Below, one piece after another: positions 25,401 through 38,600 of a DNA stretch of 64,000 bases (its first letter is position 1; every line of letters begins with the position of its first letter). The position numbers and the translations under genes were made by a program. The DNA comes from Marsupella aquatica (Eukaryota > Plantae > Marchantiophyta), in assembly GCA_973895155.1 (NCBI GenBank), contig OZ316891.1, positions 15,965,037 through 16,029,036 on the forward strand, written 5' to 3'. The notes beneath the pieces are model-generated. The model searched no databases. It saw only the letters and a program-made list of their open reading frames with translations, and was not told where the DNA came from.

Positions 25401-26250
25401 AGGAGCAAACACGATGTTGCCCGCCAAGTTTGGGGGTTCCACCCCAGGCCTTCTGGTTCCTCCTTTTCTTCCGCTGAAAATAGTCGCAAGTATTATTCCT
25501 ACACTCAATGGAACCAGTGCACGTTACTTTACCAAATTCCCAATATTTCTTGGGATGAACATTAGCTGATGTAGGAAATATTATGGTCCAGATGTAGCAA
25601 TCCTTTGACCGGTCCATGTCGCGTAGACGTGACCCCTTCGAAAGAGATGCCGTCGCAGGAGGCAACTCGAATACAATATTTCCATTGTATTTCTTTGGCA
25701 AACAGTCAACTTGTTCATGGAAGAAGTCCCGAGCCGCGATGAACCTCAAGATTTCACTGGAACCAGTTGACTTGAGAATGGTATCCATTGCACTTCTCCG
25801 ATACACAATGGAATTTTTGGTAAAAACTGCTGTAACCTCTTGTTTAACAGGGGTAACCTCCTGTTTAACAATGGTGTGAGGGGATTTATCACTACGCTCA
25901 GGCAAAGCAGGTCCATCATCGTCGCTATCTGAAAGCAGGACAACATCAACAAAGGGTTTGGATGAAGATGGGAGATCGGATGCGACTGGTTTTCAAATGA
26001 CAATAGAATACCAAATTCCTGCATTCAGGTGCCAAAAACGAATCCCGTCATCAACATCAAAAGAAGCAGTGAAATTAGAAGGTTCATCTCCATTTCCCTC
26101 CTCCAAAATGTCCTCAATGTCGTTCAAATCCAAACCAAAGCGCCCACAGAGATAATTCTCACTAACTTGCTTGTATACGTCATTGGCCGACAATGGAATG
26201 GATACAAGGTCACCGGTAGACGGACGCATCAGAACGATTGACCTCGACAT
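22432..26250 (-). pseudogene. MULE (Mutator-like) transposase A2: GCM/WRKY-like Zn domain, DDE core, SWIM finger
   Basis: CTGSIECRNNTC...CQFC...CPA...HMGIHNHP (GCM-like); WVSFD, FMADNA, DAFH and, in exon 2, NCTGSE fit the MULE D-D-(C/D)xxH-E pattern; CSCEDF...PCKH. GT-AG intron at ~23960-24240. Several stops and frameshifts. Confidence 0.85.
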
Positions 26251-26495
26251 TTTAAGATCATCCAAGCCAAAAACACTCAGTTCACGATAATGAATGGCGT
26301 CTTCGAATGTACACAATGGTATTCATAGTGAATAATCCGTTTGTCAGAGCCGTTATAATACGACAGAAACACTACCGGTCGAAAGCACATCTGACACAAT
26401 AAATGTTTTTTGTCGTTATGTCAACGACATTTACACTAATGAGCCTAAGATGTCCGTTTCCAAAGAGCATAATCATGATAATTAAATCATGTTAA

Positions 26496-26879
26496 TTGAG
26501 TAGCGCCCGACGCTACTCAAACATCCTACCTTCAACATGGACCCAAAATGGTGAAATATATGAGTAGCGCCAGGCGCTACTCAAACACACACCATAAATT
26601 ATGGTATAAAACTGGAATGTTTTATCCGGGTTTCAGAATAAATACTAAATGTTTGTAGCTAATTTTATTAATATTATCTAAAATATTACCAAAATGTGCC
26701 CATTTAATATTAGCGCCGGGAGCTAATCCAAAACGGTAATCATGACATTCATTTATGGAAAAATATTCAAAAATTGTATTCATTTGGCTTTTTATTGTAT
26801 ACTTGAGGGTGAATGTTGACCTAACTTTGGGAAATTTTGTGGTTTAAATTGTGATGATTTTGAGTAGCGCCAGGCGCTA
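26496..26879. promoter_or_regulatory. Cluster of motif-A palindromes in the divergent promoter region of A2
   Basis: TAGCGCC-N-GGCGCTA-like sites at 26501, 26565, 26711 and 26865, some with extended arms (TGAG...CTCA). Confidence 0.7.
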
Positions 26880-27209
26880 CTATTGACCAATATCAGATTT
26901 GAACTAGGAATATATATTAAATTCAACAAACTGTTCTTTAACGGTCATATTCAACGGTAACGTTAGGTCGCGTAACGTCGAAGATATGCCAACGGTATTC
27001 GGACAACTAATCCAGAATTGACAAGTGGCGCTCAAGAGATAGATATCAAAGTAGCAAGGGGATAGTTTAGAGATGATACTCTCCCCCCCTCCCTTGTCCG
27101 CTGTATTTAGGTTCCGTTTCGGAGGTTCTTCGTGCAAGAATTCTCTAGAAGAAGTACGGTACGAATGAGGTACTCATCATGATCGTGAAGCACTTCGTGT
27201 CTGAGAAAC

Positions 27210-30200
27210 ATGGACCTTCTCCCCACTACCTCGCATGGGTATAGTGCTAACGGGCAGAGAGAGCAGATCCATTCGCAGACATCCGAGTGCTCGTTTTCTG
27301 GATCTGTTTACAGTCGTCGAGTGACACGGTCTACAACATCCCAAGCTCCCAAAACAGTCTCTGTAGTCACATTTCCGAAGAGCAGGAGAGCAAAGATGGA
27401 CGATCTCGACACATATGCTGTGGAAGATCGAGGAGAAATGTCGCTGATGATGTCCGACGTTATCTCCAAGCATGTTATGGTGTTTGGCAAAGATTTTCGA
27501 GGGCACGACAAAGACCCCCCAAGGATTCCAATGTGCCGCTTGGTTCACATGGAAGTTGTCCGCACCTTACAGAAGGGAAGTCCTTCAATTGAAAAGTTGA
27601 CGGACTCTTTTCGTAGCACAGGATATAACTCAAAAATCGGAATGTTGTTCTATGTCCAGCCGACAGATTCGAATGGGAATGTCCAGACGTGTACTCCAGA
27701 AATTTGAGCTTCCTGGGACCCGATGTGGGTGGCCGAGAATGAGAAGTTTGAAGCTGAATGTGCGGCCGATCCAGACTTCATGGTGTTACAAGATAAGATG
27801 TTTTACGTTTTTGACGGTAACCATCGACTTTACGCATGGTCGATCGTTACGAAAGAAAATCCAGAAGATATCAAGTATCACCCGCGTGTGCAATGTACTA
27901 TCTTCAAGGGTGAAAAGGGATCTTTGATTGAGATTGAGGCGGCTATGCATACTGTGAACCAGTAAGTCTCTCGTTGAATTTCACTTATCCTTATCTTTTA
28001 TAGTGTAGTTTTTACTAGCGCCTGGCGCTATTGACTGACAAATTCTTCTGTAGACTTGGACAGGCCGTGGTGGAACCTTCCTGGATACTTGATGCAGACC
28101 GAATTAAGAGGATTTTGTCCAACGATCTAGAATACTACAAATCAATCATCGATGGGGCAAACTTCAAGAAGTTTGGGCAGGTGATGCAGAAGACTCGAAA
28201 AGGATCGTGGTATTCCAAGAAAATGCCTCAAGAAGCACTTCTGTATATCTTATGCGAGAATAAGATTAAATCCTATTCTCGACAATTCAAGATGGACATG
28301 GAGTCGGCTACCGCTAAGGGAAATCCTTGGTCTCAGGAAGAGACATCCAAACGACATGCGGTCATGATGAAAGAAGCAACGAAGGATTGGGCGATCAAGG
28401 TCTCAAAGATCACTCCCTTGTTGAGTCCAGAGTTTGAAGACTTCATGACAACCTGTGCTGAGATGTATCCGATGACCGAGGTGAACAAACGCGAGAAGAA
28501 ACCGGATGCGGTTGTCTGTACCATGGATCGTGCCAGGTTATTTACAGCAGTCTCCGCACTCGACCCCAAATTGAGGAGCACTTTGTTAGTAGCGCATTGC
28601 ACGCCAGAGCTCAGGAAGCAATTCTTTCATCCACAAAGTGTTAGTGATGACCCTGTGAAGCAGTGGTGCCACACTTGGCAAACTTGGAATAGTGTGGAGG
28701 GAATTGCTATTGGTATGCTGCAGACTGCCCTCCAGCAAATCAGTGAAATAATTCCTTCCAATCGATTGGAGGAATGGAAGTGTGAGTCTTATGATTCACT
28801 CGTTGAAATAGTGTGCAATGATTTCAAAAAATTTGGGGATGCAGTGAAAGGTAAGTTTTTCAATACGATGTGGATGTCCAAGTACCCGGACAAGGAAGAC
28901 TACACACTCAAGAATCAAAAGCGAGCAAAACGATATGTCTATCGTTTCTTCATGCACATGGAGATTGTGAAGCCTGACTATTTTTGGGCTTACCCAACTG
29001 CTTTCCAAAATTGGGTCATCTGCGCAGATGGAGACATTTTGGCCGAACTGTATTCGATGTATCCGGCTGAGGGTATACTTCCACCGAGGAAATTGTCAGA
29101 GTGGGAGAGAATTCACTGCCCTTGGTATCTTGACACCGACAGATGGGATTCTCCTTTTGACGACACTGAGAAGGATGCTTTCCATAAACTGTCTAAATCC
29201 CAAGTTCCGAGACAATTTGTCTCCGACATGAAGCAAGGAATTGAGGGGGACGTCAACTCGTCGACGACTGAGTTGCAAAAAAAATGCGAAACCACAGTGG
29301 TTCATGTTGATCGAAGCCGAAAACCAAGAGCCAAAGCCAAGGCGGATGCCCCTGTGGCAAGTGCTAGTGCCAAGTCTGGGAAAAAACGTAAGCTATACCT
29401 CCTTTTTCCGACTTCCTTCTTTGTTAGCGCCTGACGCTATCATGTGTCATGAGTTTAATGTGTCATATTTCCCAAAATTAATGTGGTGTGTTTGGTCAGC
29501 ACCTGGCGCTAACACTCTTTCTGTGCTTGACACCATTTTGGGTAGGTGGTCAAAAATCTGATGCCGCCACGGATGACACAAAAATCGATGCAACACTAGA
29601 AGTCTCTGAGGCCAACACTGGTGCCAATCCAGACCCCATCACCCCTGTTGAGAAGGGGCAGGTTATAGTTCCTGTGGATGCTACAAGCACAAAGAAGAAG
29701 AAGAAAAGGACCATCGATGTCTGGGAATCTTCTCGAGATAATGCTTCTGGGGCCGGTATCCAACGGGACGTGGGACTTTCAAGATCAAACTCGGAAGACA
29801 CTGTATGGTTGAATCAAGCTTGGCAGAATTTATTGATAGTGCATTTAGTAAGGAAGAGAAGCCAGATTGGGTCTCAGACGCTGAGAAGTGGGGTAAGGAT
29901 TTGATCAAATCAGGGTGTAGAGATAAAGGAATCATTCGAGGTGGGAAGGAACGATCATTTGGGGTGAATGCGGGTTTCATCTATCTCCCAACTGGTTTGA
30001 AACCCACAATTGTTGACCGTCGGGTCCCGAAATGGAATGTCACAGATCACACAGCAGCCGAATCATTCTTTTGGGCGATGGACCCTTTCCTTTCCGATGA
30101 CGGAATGCTCGCTATCTTATACTCGGATGACCACGATCAGATTTCCCAGGTCATTTCTGCATGTCAGCAATCCAAGAAGTTCATGTGCATCAATACGCAC

Positions 30201-30877
30201 AATGTTTTCATGTCTGTCCCAATGTACAGATCCAAGACAGATGTCCAGGTAAATATTCTCTCTCAGTATAGCTATACTAGCGCTCGACGCTACTCTTTAT
30301 TTCTTAGGAGGTCTTCTCTCATGAGTAAAAGATTTTTGAAATCCAGCTGGTTCGTCAACTTTTGCAGGTCTTCACTCTTAGACTGGACATATTTTGTCGA
30401 GTTTCTTTTAAAGGAAAGGTCCCAAAGGATCCAAGATTCAAGCCATTATCTAGCGCTGAAGATCCTTCAATCTCGAACCTTATTGGGCTACAATCTTTGA
30501 AGGAAGATCATTGTCCTGAACTCCATTTTACTGGGAATTCTCGACTGTCGGTTGGTTTTATGCAAACTGTCCTTGAACTCTTTACAATATCTAAGGATAT
30601 TGTAATTGATTGGACCGTCGGCTCAGGTAGTACGTTCATTGCTGGGGATTACTCGGGCCGTTTTGTCATCGGGTTAGAAAATCGTCGGGAGTTTGTTGAG
30701 ACCGCTTCGAGGATTTTTTTGGACCTCATTTCTCCAAAACCTTTGGAGACACAACCTCCCCCTCCTCAAATAACCGGACAAAAAAAGAAAGATAGACTTA
30801 GATTTGTCCTCAACTTTGATTCGGACGAAGATGATGGGACGCCAGAAGATGATGTTCCTGAGGATGTCAATGACGGC
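27210..30877 (+). pseudogene. ParB/Srx-like domain fused to a beta-class DNA amino-methyltransferase-like fold (copy A2), 4 exons, 3' truncated
   Basis: Exons ~27210-27961, 28054-29387, 29546-30248 and 30368-30877 with GT-AG junctions in phase. ParB-like RIPMCRL..EVVRTL..SIEKLTDSF.STGY and FDGNHRL. MTase-like GFIYLPTG, MDPFLSDDG, DIVIDWTVGSGST..AGDYSGRFVIGLE. TGA stop at 27705 and frameshift near 29775. Confidence 0.75.
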
Positions 30878-33800
30878 GTGATAGAAGGATCTTCAGTTGC
30901 AGAGAGGGGTCGAAACTTGGGGTCCTTTGGAACTTTAACCTTTGACGAAACACGACTGAACAGATCCAATCTCAATGTGAAAACCTGTGAAATCCCAACA
31001 AAGTCCATTGTTAAGATGCCGACGATCCAACCAGAAAATCATTTAAATCACGACATAACAATGAATTTTGGATAGCGCCAGGCGCTAACAAAGAATATCC
31101 CCTTAACCGAAAGGTATATGAAAACATTTTTAGCTAGCGCTCGGTGCTAACAAAGGACAGCACAAAGAGTGAGAGAATTTACCTGGCAATCACTTTGGGC
31201 CATGTACATTGGAACTCCCATAACCACGTTCAGGGTTTTCACACACTGAAACTTTTGAGACTCCTGGCTCGCGGCGATGACCTGCGAGATCTGATCATAC
31301 TCGCCGGTACGCAAAATGGCCAATATACCATCATCTGCTAGAAAGGGGTCCATTGCGCGAAAGAATGAACCAACAATTCTGTGATCTGGGGAATTCCATT
31401 TTGGAGACTTCTTCTCTAAAAGGGATGGGCGCAGTCCAGTTGAGAGGTAAACGAATCCAGCATCAACTCCAAATGATCTTATCTTCCCTCCTCTTATGAC
31501 TCCTTTCTCCCTTAGACCAAGCAAGACTAGGTCTTTCACCCACTTCTCCACATTTGACACCCAAGCCGGTTTCTGCTCTTTCGTGAACACACTCTCAAAG
31601 AAGTCCATTACGCTGGACTCAACAAAAACATGCCTAGAAGTCTTAGACTTGAACTGTCCAACATCTCATTGAACACCAGTAGAAGCGACTAAATCCCGAG
31701 AGGAAAATCCATGATCCAAAGATTTCTTTTTCTTTTTCTTCGTGTTGGTGGCATCTGCAGGTCGCACCATCTTCTCCGTGTTGGGAGGAGTCTGTTCATC
31801 AAGGACATCTTGTTCCCCCGTATCAGCTTCAGAGACTCCAGGAGTGATTATCGTCTTTGCATCTTGTGTTTCTTCTCCATCCAATTTCTGTCCACCTAGA
31901 AAAAGAAACAAAAGTTTCCAAGATTACGGTCCACATAACACCAGCGCCGGGCGCTAACCAAACTGCCCAAAAAATCAACCGATAAATAGACAACTTGATC
32001 AGCAGCGCTCATCAAAAGTCACTGACATAATCAAGCTGGTGGAGAGAAAATACAGAATGCCAATGGAAAATAACACCAGCGCCGGGCGCTAACCAAACTG
32101 CACAAAAATCAAGAAATAAATGGACACCAACATCTGTGGCGCTAAACAAAAAGACACCTAAATATCCAAACTAGTGAAGGGAAATACGGAATGCCAATGA
32201 AAAATAGAAGAATTTCACGTTTATTCCTGGATCTCGTTGATGGGCTGGTTACTCCAATGTCTACTTTTGCTTTCGCCCGGGGTTTTTGACTCCTGTCTAC
32301 ATGCAAAACTTCTGTTTCGCAATGTTTCTGTAGCTCGCTCGCCGAGGCATCTACATCTTCCGATAAACCTTGTTTCATTTCAGAGAGAACTTTCCAAGGG
32401 ACTAAAGACTTTGATAATTTCAGAAATGCATCCTTTTCAGCTTCATCGAAAGGGGTGTCCCACTTATCTGTGTCAAGATACCATGGATAGTGGGTTATCT
32501 CCCACAATGAAATGTCACGTGGTGGAACGTCCCCTTCGGCAGGGTACATTGAGTAAACTTCGCTAAAAGCATCCCCCTCTAGAACGGACCATTTTTGGAA
32601 TGCAGGAGGGTAAGCCCAAAAATACTCTGGAGAACTGGTCTCCATCGCCATGTAGAAGCGATACAGATATCTCTTGGCTCGCTTCTGGTTGCGAATGGTA
32701 TAGTCTTCCTTGTCTCCGTACTTGGACTGCCAAATTGTGCTAAAAAACTTTGCCTTCACTGTTTCACCGTATGTCTTGAAATCATTGGTGATGTTCAAGA
32801 CCAAAGCTTCAAACGTCTCCACTCCTCCTAGCGTCAGACGATCAGCAGGTAGGATCGACTGGACTTGCGAAAGAGATGTCTGTAACATTGAAATTGCAAT
32901 TCCTTCCACCAAACTCCACATGTGCCATGTATGACACCACTGTTTAACAAGGTCATCATTCACACTCGGGGGATGGTAAAATTGTTTTCTGAGCTCGGGT
33001 GTACAGTGAGCAACAAGAAGAGTACAGCGCAGTTGTGGATCCAAGTAGGAGACAGCAGTGAATAGATGCGCGCGGTCCATTGTACATACTACAGAGTCCG
33101 ACTTCTTTTCTCGTTTGTTCCTCTCCGTAAGAATGTACATTTCTGCACAAGTTGACAGAAAATCACCAAACTCTGGGCTTATCAGGGGGTAATCTTGGAT
33201 GTCTTTATGCTCCACTCCTTCGTTGCCTCCTTCATCATGGCAGCATACCGCTTACCAGTCTCTTCAGATGACCACGGGCGACCTTGACTTGTCGCAGCAG
33301 CCAAGTCAAGCTTAAATTGAAGTGAATACGACTTAATCTTGTTTTCACACAAGATGTAAACCAATGCTTCCAATGGCATCTGCTTGGTATACCAAGACCC
33401 CTTTCTTGTTTTGGCACGAACAGTTTGAAATCGCTTGAAGCTTCCGGGGTCGATGATCGGCTTTGTAGGCCTCCAAGTCATGAGTTAAAATCCGATTGAT
33501 TCTATCAGCATCGAGAATCCACAATGGTTCCACCACAGCTTGCCCAAACCTGTAAGGTATAATGGCAAATATTAGTGCCTGGCCGTAACTAACTTTGCAA
33601 AAATCAAGCGCAATCGACCAAATTCAATAGCGTTTATGCAACTTGAGGAATACTTACTGGTTCACCATGTGCATAGCTGCTTCAAGCTCAACTAGAGAAC
33701 CCTGATCTCCCTTAAAAATAGTGCATTGAACACGCGGATGGTACTTGATATTGTCTGGATTCTCATTTGTTACTTGGGTCCACGAGTAGAGTCGATGATT

Positions 33801-34367
33801 CCCATCAAAAACACAGAACATCTTATCCTTTAGAATGTGGAAATCTGGATCAGTAGCACATTCTGCTTCAAACAAGTTGTTCTGGGCAACCCAAACAGCA
33901 TCCCATGTCTCCCGAATTTCAGGTGTGCAGAATTGAACGACTCCTTCTGAATCCGTGGGCTGGACGTAAAACCGCATCCCAATTGAAGAGTTGTATCCAG
34001 AGCTCCGAAACGAATCCTTGAGCTTATCGATAGATGCACTATTTTTTTGTAAAGTCCAAACGATTTCCATGTGAACAAGCCGACAAAGAGGGATACGCGG
34101 CGGCTCTTTCTTCTCCCCTCTGAAATCGACTCCAAATGACATTGCGTATTTCTCAATCACAGCATCCATGGACAGGACTCCCTTGCCACCGTCCTCCATC
34201 GCAAAATCTCCGTATGACTCCATGATGCCTCGTTTTGGCTTTGAAATCGACTGACTAATGTTTCGCAAAGAGTTCGACGCAGACGAACGAGTGACTCTCC
34301 GAGTATAAACTGATCCGGAGAATGAGGACTCAGATGTTTCAGAATGGCCAGGAGAATGATTCTCCAT
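30878..34367 (-). pseudogene. ParB-MTase-like gene, copy A3 (3' truncated at the junction with A2)
   Basis: Paralog of 27210-30877 with the same intron positions (VNQ|LGQAVVEP; CQ|VFTLRLD), FDGNHRL, GFVYLSTG and MDPFLADDG. Homology stops at EDPSI (~30878). Confidence 0.75.
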
Positions 34368-34760
34368 GTTTGTTTAAGATGCACACACGGGGAACCCGCA
34401 CCTCAACGTGCTTCTTGCGTGATGCAATGTTTCTTGTGGTGTTGTACCGATATGGACGAATGATTGACAACGATCCTAAATGTGCGCAGAGGTCGTTCTA
34501 ACGATCAAGGAAGACACTATCACAAGAAGATCTTATCTGATATACCCTGTGGCAGACCGACATGTATCACAAGTACACATCGAAAAGCATGAGCATCCAA
34601 AAGCAGACCTACTAAAGGTTGACACTTGTCACATTTTAACTAGTTTATAGGTACTCATGAATATATTTATCCAGGAATTCGTTATAAATTGTAACGATAA
34701 ACGGTCAAAGTTACCGTTTAAAAACACTGTTTATGTCAGTATTCTACTTCGATCTAATAT

Positions 34761-35361
34761 TAGCGCCTGGCGCTATTATTATGCTAGACTAAAATATATC
34801 TTAAAATGAAGGATTTTAATAATAGCGCCTGGCGCTAGTAACATTGTACTAAAAAATCATGCGAATGATTGGACTGAAGCGAGAAAGATTTTGTAATAAA
34901 CGGCTTCTATTTCTATAAAGAATATGAAAGTGCCAGGCGCTATTTTTTTTTTAGTCTCAAATAGGGAAAAAATGTGTAGATTTCAATAATAGCGCCCGGC
35001 GCTAGTAACGAGACACCTCAAAATGGTAGATGTTTGGACACGAAATGTGTAAGTTTCTATAAATAATGTACGAGTACATCTTGACATTTTAAAGAAATTT
35101 TATGATAGCGCCTGGCGCTATTATTGTGATAGCTTCTACTCGATCTCAAATGGATCGATTTTAATATAAGTAGAGGGTAATATTGTCGTCTGACATAAAT
35201 AAGGGGCTATTTCCATGGAAACCCGATATATTTCCAAGGAAACCCGAAACCTGTCGTAGAATGTTAACCTGTGTCAGTAACCAAAATGGCCGATGATCTT
35301 TGCTTTTGTTGTTCATTTTTTGGGCTCTTTCAGATGTGGAAAACGCTAGCGCCTGGCGCTA
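34761..35361. promoter_or_regulatory. Cluster of motif-A palindromes in the divergent promoter region of A3
   Basis: Sites at 34761, 34823, 34928, 34990, 35106 and 35347. Five have perfect 7-bp arms. Confidence 0.7.
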
Positions 35362-35600
35362 CTATATTACCCCTTTGGTTACAATGTCAAAACCATTAAT
35401 TCTCCAGTAACTATCCGCCAAATATATGGTTTTGTCGTTTCTTGAACGGTAAGAAAATCCGTACCCAACGGATCCTATAACCGCTCGATGGCTCTTTCCG
35501 TTTGAGACTTGGATTTAGAAGAAACCCTCAACCATCCAAACTAGTTTCATTTTACAATGTATCATTATTTTATGTAGTCGGTTATCTTTGGGGAGTTAGA

Positions 35601-38600
35601 ATGTCTCGCATTATTGGAATAATGTGTCCGAATATAGGTGACGTTGTGACGATCCCTGTGTCGATTTCCAAAACCAAGAAACGTGTTAGTCATAATTACC
35701 TGTGTGGAAGATTTGGGGTGACGAGAAAACATATTTTGAGTATCAGAACTTTGAACGATGGGCCCGCTCATTTTGATACTGAAGCGGAGGACGTTGTTTG
35801 GAATCTCGAATATGGCGTGGAGTACTTGATTTTCATTCAACTAAGGGACATCGTTTATGTCAAGGTGGAGACGCATCAGGTTGCTCACGATGTGATTGAC
35901 CTTACGTCCGACGCTAAATGCTCTGAGGGTTCTCCACCAATCTCAAAGGGCGGTGAGGTCAATAAGGAGGGCGAAAGTACCAGTTTGTTGACGCCCCAGG
36001 TACTCCCCGTATTGATTGCGTCAGAGAAGTCTGATGATGGAGACACTCTAACTCGTCCTGTTCTGGTTGTGTACAGAAGAAGCGCACTTGATGCCTTGTT
36101 GAAGTCAACTGGACAAAGTGAGTTATCGCGCTTTGTTAGGTCTGAGGCATTCATTCACAAACAGGTTGAATGCTTACCTATAGAGTACAATGGGAATACC
36201 ATATTTGAGCTTCCACTTGTTGAAGGTGTTGGCTCGAAAGGGGATCGTCTACGAAACATGGATCGATGCAAGGACTGCTACCTCTAGACTAGAATCCTTC
36301 CTACTTCTGCTAATGTCGTTCCAAAGAAGATGTGGGAGTTTGGGAAAGTAAGCTGTAGTGGTTCTCTTGAATGCCGAAATAGAGCATGTGAGTTTTACAC
36401 CAGGACTCAAGTCAGAAACTGTAATGGATGGGATGGGACCCCCAAGCTCTCTGGTCAGCATTGTCCTGGGAGGTTTATCGATGCTGGAGGAATTGTTTGT
36501 CGCTATTGCCTTCAAGTTCCATTTTGTGTTGAGTCTTGTCCAGCAAAACTGTTTTATATGTACCCGCAAGTTTTGATCGAAAATGACACTGCAAAACACA
36601 TGTCACGACTTGCAATCCATATGGGAGTGCACAACCATCCATGTCGGAAGGTCTGGTCTAGAAGTGCTAAGAAAACAGCAATAGAAGAAATACGGAGACA
36701 ACATGAGAAGTCTCCTTCTACACCGTGCGTTTTGAAAAATGAGATCACTGGATCTTTAATGGATGCCGTAGGTGAGTCTATGGATGACATTTCAAAGCTA
36801 GAAGAATCAGAAATCTGGAAATCACTTATGCTCATTTCAACGCCTCAGAAGTTTTCTGCGTTATTTAAGAGCATTCGCAAAGATCAGGTTGGTCGAGGTG
36901 ATTTGGAATATCTGGTTTGCATGCAGAAGAATGTTACGTTTCCTTTTCTCCAAAGATATCTTCTTCCTGGGCAGGGCTGTAAAGGTGATAGAGCGCATAT
37001 TTTCAAAATGACTATCAAAGGTCATGGATCAGGAGTAGATTTACTGCGTCAGATGAAGAAAGGGGGGCCTCTAGAAGGAGCATGGGTGAGCTTTGACGTG
37101 ATGAAAAGGATGTCGAAAGAATGGAGTACTTTTAGTGCACATGTGTATGACCATAACTATCGAGCTTTGTGCACAATATTTACTTGTGAACTCAAAGCAG
37201 AGGACACTGCATCGCTTGAGAAAGCTTGGAGGTTGATGATCGAAGTCGCTTTGGAGAACGGTTTAAACGGTGTGGAAATCCATGGTTTCATGGCGGATAA
37301 CGCTCAGGCGGGATGGATAGCGGTTAGGAATGTCTTCTTTGACGGCCATCCAAACCCGGAGAGAGAGCGATCGGATGCATTCCACTTTTATCAGTCTTTG
37401 CATCGGCACTCTATCGAAGGAGTACTTGACAAAAAACGTGTTGAACATCGAATCCTTTGGGACAAACTGTTGCGGAATGCCGCTTCATTTGTGGAAGCCT
37501 ACAGGGTATCACGAGAGATTGATTCATGGTGGAGATCTGGAAATTGTATTCCTGGGAAACTTAGAATGTTGCAAGGATGGATCGCTTGGTGGGTTGTGAG
37601 GTGGCGTCAGTGGGGAAATTTCATACGTTTGGTGAGTCAATGTATACTAGCGCCTGGCGCTAGTATTAATATCCCTTTTCTAATTGTGATATTTACTGAT
37701 GTTTTTGCCAGCGTCTGGCGCTAACGTACGAATAGCTTGATAGCTTCTTCAATCTTCACAATAATCATGAAAACATTCATACCTTTCGTCCGCCCATTTT
37801 GAAGTTCCGCTTTATTTTTTATTCGCTATATTGTACTGAATTTGACAAAACTCTTTTTCAGAGCAAAAGTGCACTTGAAGGGGGGATGATTCCCAATTGC
37901 ACTGGTTCTGAAGCTGTTCACGGAATCATGAAAGCATGGCAGGGAAAGAAAACAGTTGGTTTGTTCGAAGGATGTAAGACCGATCACAACAGAGCAATCT
38001 CACAAATAGCAGCCTATACAGCATATCGTGAAGGGCTCCATCGGGGTACCGGTCCAACAGTGTTTGAATTGGCTTTTCGTTTGGCTGACCAAGCAGGGTC
38101 CCCGAAACTCTTCGAAGAAGCCTCTAATATGTTACTCGCAAATGCAGCAAAATTTGATTTGGAGAGGGATTCTCCATTGAATGGGGATTTTGTGACGAAG
38201 TCTATGAAAAGAAAAGGTCCGGCGACCAGGAATGTCTCTCCACAAGACTCCCATCGACATGACACGGTTCTCATAACTACGCCAAACACCCGAGGTTGCA
38301 AGAGGAGAAATTTGACCTCAGCCGAGTTTGAGCACATTCTGATACTTAGAACTCCTCCTTCGAATCCAGCTATCGATTTGTCTGAAAGTGGCTCTCCAGT
38401 TTCCCATCATGTCACTCAATCTTCCGAAGTTCCAGAAAGTGTTCCAAACACCACTCCATTCATTCCTGTAGACACTTCGCTTTTTGAAGTGGATGTTGTA
38501 CCCGGGTCGTGGCATTTGCGGAGAGTTTCCAGACACGGTGCTGGACCTCAGTGTAATGGGACGTTGTTTGGAAGTTGTGATCAAGATGAGTGTTGTAATC

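Larger units (their letters stand above)
21833..30877. mobile_element. MULE family A copy A2 (terminus, transposase, divergent ParB-MTase-like gene), right end lost
   Basis: Starts GGGTATAGCGACGGAGACAGCAAACAGG exactly where A1 transposase homology stops. Contains both genes and at least 12 motif-A copies. Confidence 0.75.

Noticed and set aside
27210-34367. Bacterial contamination or prophage suggested by ParB and MTase motifs
   Set aside because: The genes have spliceosomal GT-AG introns at conserved positions and are embedded among plant-type TEs.
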